A DNA stretch of 64,000 bases, from positions 1,658-65,657 of the forward strand of contig CAYTJF010000001.1 of the NCBI GenBank assembly GCA_964437945.1, in the 5' to 3' direction. The notes beneath the pieces were generated by a model that ran no database searches, had not been told where the DNA came from, and saw only the letters and a program-made list of their open reading frames with translations. This DNA comes from an uncultured Granulosicoccaceae bacterium (GTDB lineage Bacteria > Pseudomonadota > Gammaproteobacteria > Granulosicoccales > Granulosicoccaceae). Positions 59,091 to 64,000 of this stretch are shown piece by piece; positions within the stretch are counted from its first letter, which is position 1; every line of letters begins with the position of its first letter. The position numbers were made by a program, and so were the translations under genes.

Positions 59091-59588
59091 ATGACCACTT
59101 CACGATTATTTGGTTGTTTCTTGTTGGCGTCAGTCGCGATGTGCGGCGCGCTGGCAAGTTGCGCCAACCCTATTCAACCGAAGCCTGCATCTGCTGCTAC
59201 GAAAAATCCAACTGTTTCTGTAAAAGGAAATTTCTTGTCTTTCGATGAGGCCAGCGAAGCCTTGAAAAAGGCACTTGAAGAACGCGGCTACGATACATCT
59301 GAGGGTGACCATGCTGTAGGTAATGCGGAATCTTTTCTGGCTTTACCGCTGAATGATAATAGTGCTGAACTTCGTATTAATACATCCTGGGAACAAAAAC
59401 AGCCTCTTGGATCTTACACACTGCTGAACGACACAGTACAGCTAACTTCAGCACTTGGCATTGCGAGACTGGACGCCAAAGGTGTTTGGGTAGATTGCAG
59501 GGGCTTTCAGTTTGAAATTCTTTCAACCGATACTAATAACGCCGTTGGGCAAATACTGGCCTCAATCCGAAATGAGTTGGGGTGTTGA
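59091..59588 (+). CDS. Hypothetical lipoprotein
   Basis: Lipobox LASC. Starts 12 bp after the previous stop. Confidence 0.7.
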   Translation: MTTSRLFGCFLLASVAMCGALASCANPIQPKPASAATKNPTVSVKGNFLSFDEASEALKKALEERGYDTSEGDHAVGNAESFLALPLNDNSAELRINTSWEQKQPLGSYTLLNDTVQLTSALGIARLDAKGVWVDCRGFQFEILSTDTNNAVGQILASIRNELGC

Positions 59589-59742
59589 CTTGCGTCAGTG
59601 GGCTGTACATCCCAATCCAGCTATTCAAGCGCAAGCCATTGAGAAGCTACAGTAGTGCGACTGCTATAGTTACACGCTGTTTTCAAGCGTAACCCCTACA
59701 TCACACCACTCTTAAAGCGCTCGGTGGTGATCCATTGCGTAG

Positions 59743-60045
59743 CACAAGCGTGGCGGTAAAACGCTGGCCAGCAGTTTCGATTCATGGTCTAAGATTAAAG
59801 CCAGTTATCGATTCTTTGCTAATCCGAGAGTTACTGTGAGTGCTATGCTTGCGCCCCATATAGAACATACGGTCCAGCGTATTCGTACACACGATACTAT
59901 ATTGTTGGCCCAGGACACCACGTATTTTGATTTTACTTCTCGCAAGAAGACTGAAGGGCTGGATTTAACCAATCGCAGCAAGTTGGGAAAACAGACGAAG
60001 GGTCTGATGTTGCACAACACATTGGCGGTAACGCCATTGCAATGA
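59743..60045 (+). mobile_element. IS4-family (IS50/Tn5-like) transposase N-terminal remnant
   Basis: In-frame W..IKASYRFFANPRV.....LAPH...T..R......LLAQDTT.FDF...GL.LH.TLAV. It is truncated at both ends and contains only the first DDE Asp. Confidence 0.85.
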
Positions 60046-60054
60046 GGCCATTGG

Positions 60055-60425
60055 CTGTAAGCGGCGACTGATGGTTTTCCAGTGATGTCGGCAACGACAT
60101 TAGCGGCGACAACTGGCGCTTGCTTGCGTGCCGCCGCCGCAGATTTGGCATTGGGTGTATTGGTCACATCGCCAAGCGACCAAATATTGGTAAATTGTTT
60201 ATGACGAAGGGTAGCTTGATCAACGTTTATCCATCCTCCACTATCTGCCAGTTCAGAGGCACGAATAAAATCAGGAGCACATTGTGGTGGACACACGTGG
60301 ATCATGTCAGCCAGGTCGAGCACAGGTCGCTGTTTTAGCAAATTCGCAACGACAGCAATGCCAGCCGCTCCGGCGCCAACAACCACTATTGCAAAGCTTT
60401 TGTCTGATGCTTTATAGCTCTCCAT
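60055..60425 (-). pseudogene. sqr: Sulfide:quinone oxidoreductase (type II-like) remnant with a large internal deletion and 3' truncation
   Basis: The N-terminal VVGAGAAG is fused directly to DMIHVCPPQ.APDF...GW..VD..TL.H....NIW.LGD..NTPNAK.AAAARKQ. The sequence ends before the YxGYxSCP motif. Confidence 0.8.
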
Positions 60426-60431
60426 CTATCA

Positions 60432-61409
60432 TTAACCAATAAACTGATAGTATAAATTTTGCGGATGATTAGCCTCTGCAAAGAAGTACCAGCGTTCAAG
60501 CAACAAACCAAAAAATTGAACAAAAAAAGCCGCCGCAAACCAGAAAATTGATTCGTTCGCTATCCCGAAACTTATCAATATCATTGGTATTGGAAACGAC
60601 AGAATCAGAAATAACCATTTAATGTTCCGATACATTCGCCTGGATACTCCATGGAAAAATTCGCGAGTATTAAACGAGCCACCCATAAACCCGACAGACT
60701 TCTGAACAATTTTTTCGTGCTTTATACCGATGGCAGATTGCATGGATGATCGCGGCCGTAGTCGGGCATTTCGCCTTAAACTCAGTACTCGAACAACACA
60801 CGCGACAATGGTGATAGAAATGGCAATAACACCAAGTATTCCGGTCATTGCCGATGCATGAATGGAGGCGAACACAGTCATTAGCGTAAAACCAGAAGCC
60901 AAGCCCAGCAACAGATAATTAAATACAGTCAAAGAGCTGGCCCATTCCTGAAGAAATTTTAAGCACGCGTAAATCATCGCAGTACAGACAAACAGCGTTA
61001 TAACTGCAAGGCTGGCTATCACCCCGACTATATGTGTAAGCTTTAGCTCAAGTATGGAATTGCCGAACGCAGATGCACCTGCAGACGATTGGAAATGTAA
61101 AAAACCATAGAGCGAGATCAATACGATAGTTAAAGGCAGTGCGATAACTTCACGGGACAGCCAGGACGTACGCCACATCGCGGCGCTTCGCCAAGCTCTC
61201 TCCGGGTGACCCAGGTGGAAAAAGGAGGCGAGTAAGCCGAGCAGCAGCAAAATAACCGAGAGTAAACTGCCAAGGATGTAAAACTGACTATCAATGCGAT
61301 CATACTCAGTGACGGACGAGTAAATTTCGACACCAAACAAAGCGATAAACAGTCCCTGTCCAGCACCAATCAACGTGGTGAGCAAAATGACAGAAAACGC
61401 AGGTTTCAT
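60432..61409 (-). CDS. soeC: SoeC (DmsC-like membrane anchor)
   Basis: M.PAFSVI.LTTL.GAGQG, HLGHPERAWR...WRTSWLSRE and ERW.FFAEA.HPQNLYY. Confidence 0.9.
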   Translation of the reverse strand: MKPAFSVILLTTLIGAGQGLFIALFGVEIYSSVTEYDRIDSQFYILGSLLSVILLLLGLLASFFHLGHPERAWRSAAMWRTSWLSREVIALPLTIVLISLYGFLHFQSSAGASAFGNSILELKLTHIVGVIASLAVITLFVCTAMIYACLKFLQEWASSLTVFNYLLLGLASGFTLMTVFASIHASAMTGILGVIAISITIVACVVRVLSLRRNARLRPRSSMQSAIGIKHEKIVQKSVGFMGGSFNTREFFHGVSRRMYRNIKWLFLILSFPIPMILISFGIANESIFWFAAAFFVQFFGLLLERWYFFAEANHPQNLYYQFIG

Positions 61410-61481
61410 AGCTAGCCTATATAAGTTAAATTTACTTTTGAACCACGCAACTGTACGATTCTGCAGTTGTTCAGTTCTGCA

Positions 61482-62216
61482 CTACCAACTGGTCACATCA
61501 TCGAGCGTCTGCTCATCAACCGGTCCATCAGGTCTGTCCAGCTCCTTGTTTAGCGGGTTATCAGCACGAATTAATTCATCTTCGTGAATGCTGACACGGG
61601 TTTTTCGACGAGGCAAATAGTGATTCGCCGGTTTGGTACCCCACTCTGGCATCAACGCATACCCGCCCTCTTCTCGAATCGCAACCGAGACTTCCGAATC
61701 GGGATCGTTTACATCACCGAACAAGCGAGCATTGGTTGGACAAGCCATAACGCATGCCGGCTTTCGTTCTGATTCAGGCAGGCTTTCGTCGGTAATCCGA
61801 TCTACACACAACGTGCATTTGGTCATGACCTTGCGCTGTTCATCTATCTCGCGTGCTCCATAAGGGCAAGCCCAGGAGCAATATTTACAGCCAATACATT
61901 TATCATAATCAACCAGCACGATACCGTCCTCTTCTCGTTTGTAGCTGGCGCCGGTTGGGCAAACAGGCACACAGGGCGGCTCCTCACAATGCAGGCAGGA
62001 TTTGGGAAAGTGCACGGTTTCTGTGTTGGGGTATTCGCCCACTTCAAACGTTTGTACCCGATTAAAAAACGTACCTGTCGGATCTTTATCATAGGGTCGA
62101 CTATCCGACAGTGAGCCTGCACTGCCTGACGTATTCCACTCCTTGCAGCTGGTTACACACGCATGACAACCCACACAAACGTTTAGATCGATTACCAGTC
62201 CAAGTTGCTTCTTCAT
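61482..62216 (-). CDS. soeB: SoeB 4Fe-4S subunit
   Basis: IDL..CVGCHACVTSCKEWN, CLHCE.PPCVPVCPTGAS and CIGCKYCSWACPYG. Confidence 0.92.
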   Translation of the reverse strand: MKKQLGLVIDLNVCVGCHACVTSCKEWNTSGSAGSLSDSRPYDKDPTGTFFNRVQTFEVGEYPNTETVHFPKSCLHCEEPPCVPVCPTGASYKREEDGIVLVDYDKCIGCKYCSWACPYGAREIDEQRKVMTKCTLCVDRITDESLPESERKPACVMACPTNARLFGDVNDPDSEVSVAIREEGGYALMPEWGTKPANHYLPRRKTRVSIHEDELIRADNPLNKELDRPDGPVDEQTLDDVTSW

Positions 62217-64000
62217 CGTTGATGACCTCCAAACCGCCCAGCGACATAGGCAAGCCAGGATTGTCGCTTGGACTCTTGTCCTGGTACTGCACTTAACGCT
62301 TGTGTCTGGGGGTAACTTTGTTGGTTTTCGTTATCGCCCACTTTAGTGATGTTGACCCGAACGTCGTACCACCCAGCCTGACCCGTTAGAGGGTCCGCGT
62401 TTGATACAGACTTGCCATCGCCGCCTGCGGGTAACTCTTCTGAAATGAGATGATTGAGTAAAAATCCACGATGCGATTCATTAGCGTCGGGTGACAAATT
62501 CCATGCCCCTTTGGCTTTGCCAATGGCGTTCCATGTCCAGACCGTACCCGGTTCCACCGCCTCAGAATATTGGCACTGACAACGCACCTTCCCCCACATG
62601 CTCTCCACCCAAACCCAATCGCCATCTTGAATCCCTTTGGCTGCAGCGGTTGAGGCGTTGACATACAGATGATTGTGCGCATGAATCTGGCGCAACCAGG
62701 CATTTTGAGAATCCCAGGAATGGTACATAGCCATCGGTCGCTGTGTGACTGCATTCAGTGGGTACTGATGCCGATCGGTCAATTGTGCTTCCAGTGGTTC
62801 GTAATAAAAGGGTAAGGGGTCAAAATACGTATCGATGCGTTCCCGTAAATAATCCGGTGGCTGACGCCCCGCTCTTTTTCCTTGTGCTGCTAATCGAAAC
62901 GTTTGCAATACATCCGAATACAGGTTGATCAGAATGGGATCGGCATGCCTGACCAAGCGGTGACGTTGTGCCCATTCAAGATAGCCTTTGTTCCAATTAC
63001 GCATGTACTGGTAGGACTTGGGCAATGTGTACTGGTACACGCAATTGTTTTTTTCATACATCTGCCACTGATTCGGATTAGGTTCGCCTTGCATAAACTG
63101 CTCACCACCTTTGCCACGCCACCCAGCCAAAAAACCAATGCCAGAACCTGGTTCGGTTTCATAATTCACAACAAAGTCGGGGTAATCACGAAACTTGCGT
63201 TCCCCAGATTCATCGGTGAATGCAGGCAACTTTAAACGACTGGCCAATTCCACCAGCACATCCTGAAAAGGTTTGCACTCGCCCTTGGGTGCAACGACTG
63301 GTATGCGAACCGAATCGACCGGCCCCTCAAATTCTGATATTGGGCGATCGAGCATTGACATCACATCATGGCGCTCAAGGTAGGTGGTATCCGGCAGTAC
63401 CAGATCAGCAAACGCAACGGTTTCAGATTGAAATGCGTCACACACCACGAGAAACGGTATTTTGTATTCACCGTGTTCATCTTTATCGTTCAACATGCGA
63501 CGCGCTTCCTGCGTGTTCATGCTTGAATTCCAGGCCATATTGGCCATAAAGAGCATCAGCGTATCAATGGGATACGGATCGCCCCGCCAGGCATTGGTAA
63601 CCACGTTGTGCATCAGGCCGTGCACCGAGAGTGGGTATTCCCACGAGAATGCTTTATCGATTCTGACCGGCTCACCGTCATCATCGATAAATAGATCTTC
63701 TGGCTTTGCTGGCCAACCCAATGGCATACCATCGAGCGGTGTATCTGTTTGCACTGCATCGGGGTGGTTCGGCGGTTTTGCACACGGAGGTATTGGTCGT
63801 GGGAACGGTGCTTTATGACGAAATCCACCTGGACGATCTATGGTGCCTAGCACCGTCATTAAAATTGAAAGTGCCCGTATACTTTGAAAACCGTTACTGT
63901 GCGCCGCCATGCCTCGCATGGCATGAAATGCCACCGGATTGCCGGTAACCACGTCGTGATCATCACCCCACACGTCGGTCCAGGCGATTGGCAATTCTAT
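62213..64000 (-). CDS. soeA: SoeA molybdopterin sulfite dehydrogenase catalytic subunit, 5'-truncated by window edge
   Basis: HAMRG.AAHSNGFQ, MANMAWNSSMN, ADLVLPDTTYLER and TQRPMAMYHSW.SQNAWLRQI, located upstream of soeBC. Confidence 0.92.
   Translation of the reverse strand: MELPIAWTDVWGDDHDVVTGNPVAFHAMRGMAAHSNGFQSIRALSILMTVLGTIDRPGGFRHKAPFPRPIPPCAKPPNHPDAVQTDTPLDGMPLGWPAKPEDLFIDDDGEPVRIDKAFSWEYPLSVHGLMHNVVTNAWRGDPYPIDTLMLFMANMAWNSSMNTQEARRMLNDKDEHGEYKIPFLVVCDAFQSETVAFADLVLPDTTYLERHDVMSMLDRPISEFEGPVDSVRIPVVAPKGECKPFQDVLVELASRLKLPAFTDESGERKFRDYPDFVVNYETEPGSGIGFLAGWRGKGGEQFMQGEPNPNQWQMYEKNNCVYQYTLPKSYQYMRNWNKGYLEWAQRHRLVRHADPILINLYSDVLQTFRLAAQGKRAGRQPPDYLRERIDTYFDPLPFYYEPLEAQLTDRHQYPLNAVTQRPMAMYHSWDSQNAWLRQIHAHNHLYVNASTAAAKGIQDGDWVWVESMWGKVRCQCQYSEAVEPGTVWTWNAIGKAKGAWNLSPDANESHRGFLLNHLISEELPAGGDGKSVSNADPLTGQAGWYDVRVNITKVGDNENQQSYPQTQALSAVPGQESKRQSWLAYVAGRFGGHQR

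Noticed and set aside
59690..59760. Minus-strand RHACAT peptide resembling a tyrosine-recombinase motif
   Set aside because: It is too short and has no other integrase motifs, so it is probably chance.
59805..60425. 206-aa ORF as an intact oxidoreductase
   Set aside because: It is a chimera of a deleted sqr and the antisense strand of the IS4 fragment.

Overview
This window is chromosomal DNA from what is probably a marine sulfur-oxidising gammaproteobacterium. That placement is an inference from gene content; a Chromatiales/Granulosicoccus-like organism is plausible but cannot be verified here. The first ~30 kb holds housekeeping and accessory genes: a two-subunit methylmalonyl-CoA mutase, a GAF-GAF-GGDEF-EAL protein, a secreted four-domain beta/gamma-crystallin protein, apt, comEA, heme A synthase, a cNMP-patatin, a tandem RelA/SpoT-type HD protein, nth, a SRAP protein, lexA, queG, a DUF1996 protein and a TRAP solute-binding protein. 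From ~30.6 kb to the end is a sulfur-oxidation region: SoxW/SoxS-like thioredoxins, a DsrE-like protein, a NarX/NarL-like two-component system, a reverse-Dsr operon (dsrABEFHCMKLJOPNR, no dsrS), fccB/soxF, soeABC and a decayed sqr. The most notable observations are: (1) a module of divergent 2Fe-2S reductase, TauD-like protein, small Cys-free protein, helical protein and an orphan Cas6, with no CRISPR array or other cas genes in the window; (2) a 268-bp MITE with perfect 34-bp terminal inverted repeats inserted into the dsrR stop codon just before the sensor kinase; (3) a protein with two tandem (p)ppGpp-hydrolase-like HD domains; (4) a lexA preceded by an alphaproteobacterial-type GTTC-N7-GTTC box; (5) two inserted cell-wall-related gene islets. 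I recognised no rRNA, tRNA or CRISPR array. All family assignments come from motif recognition by eye, not from database searches.
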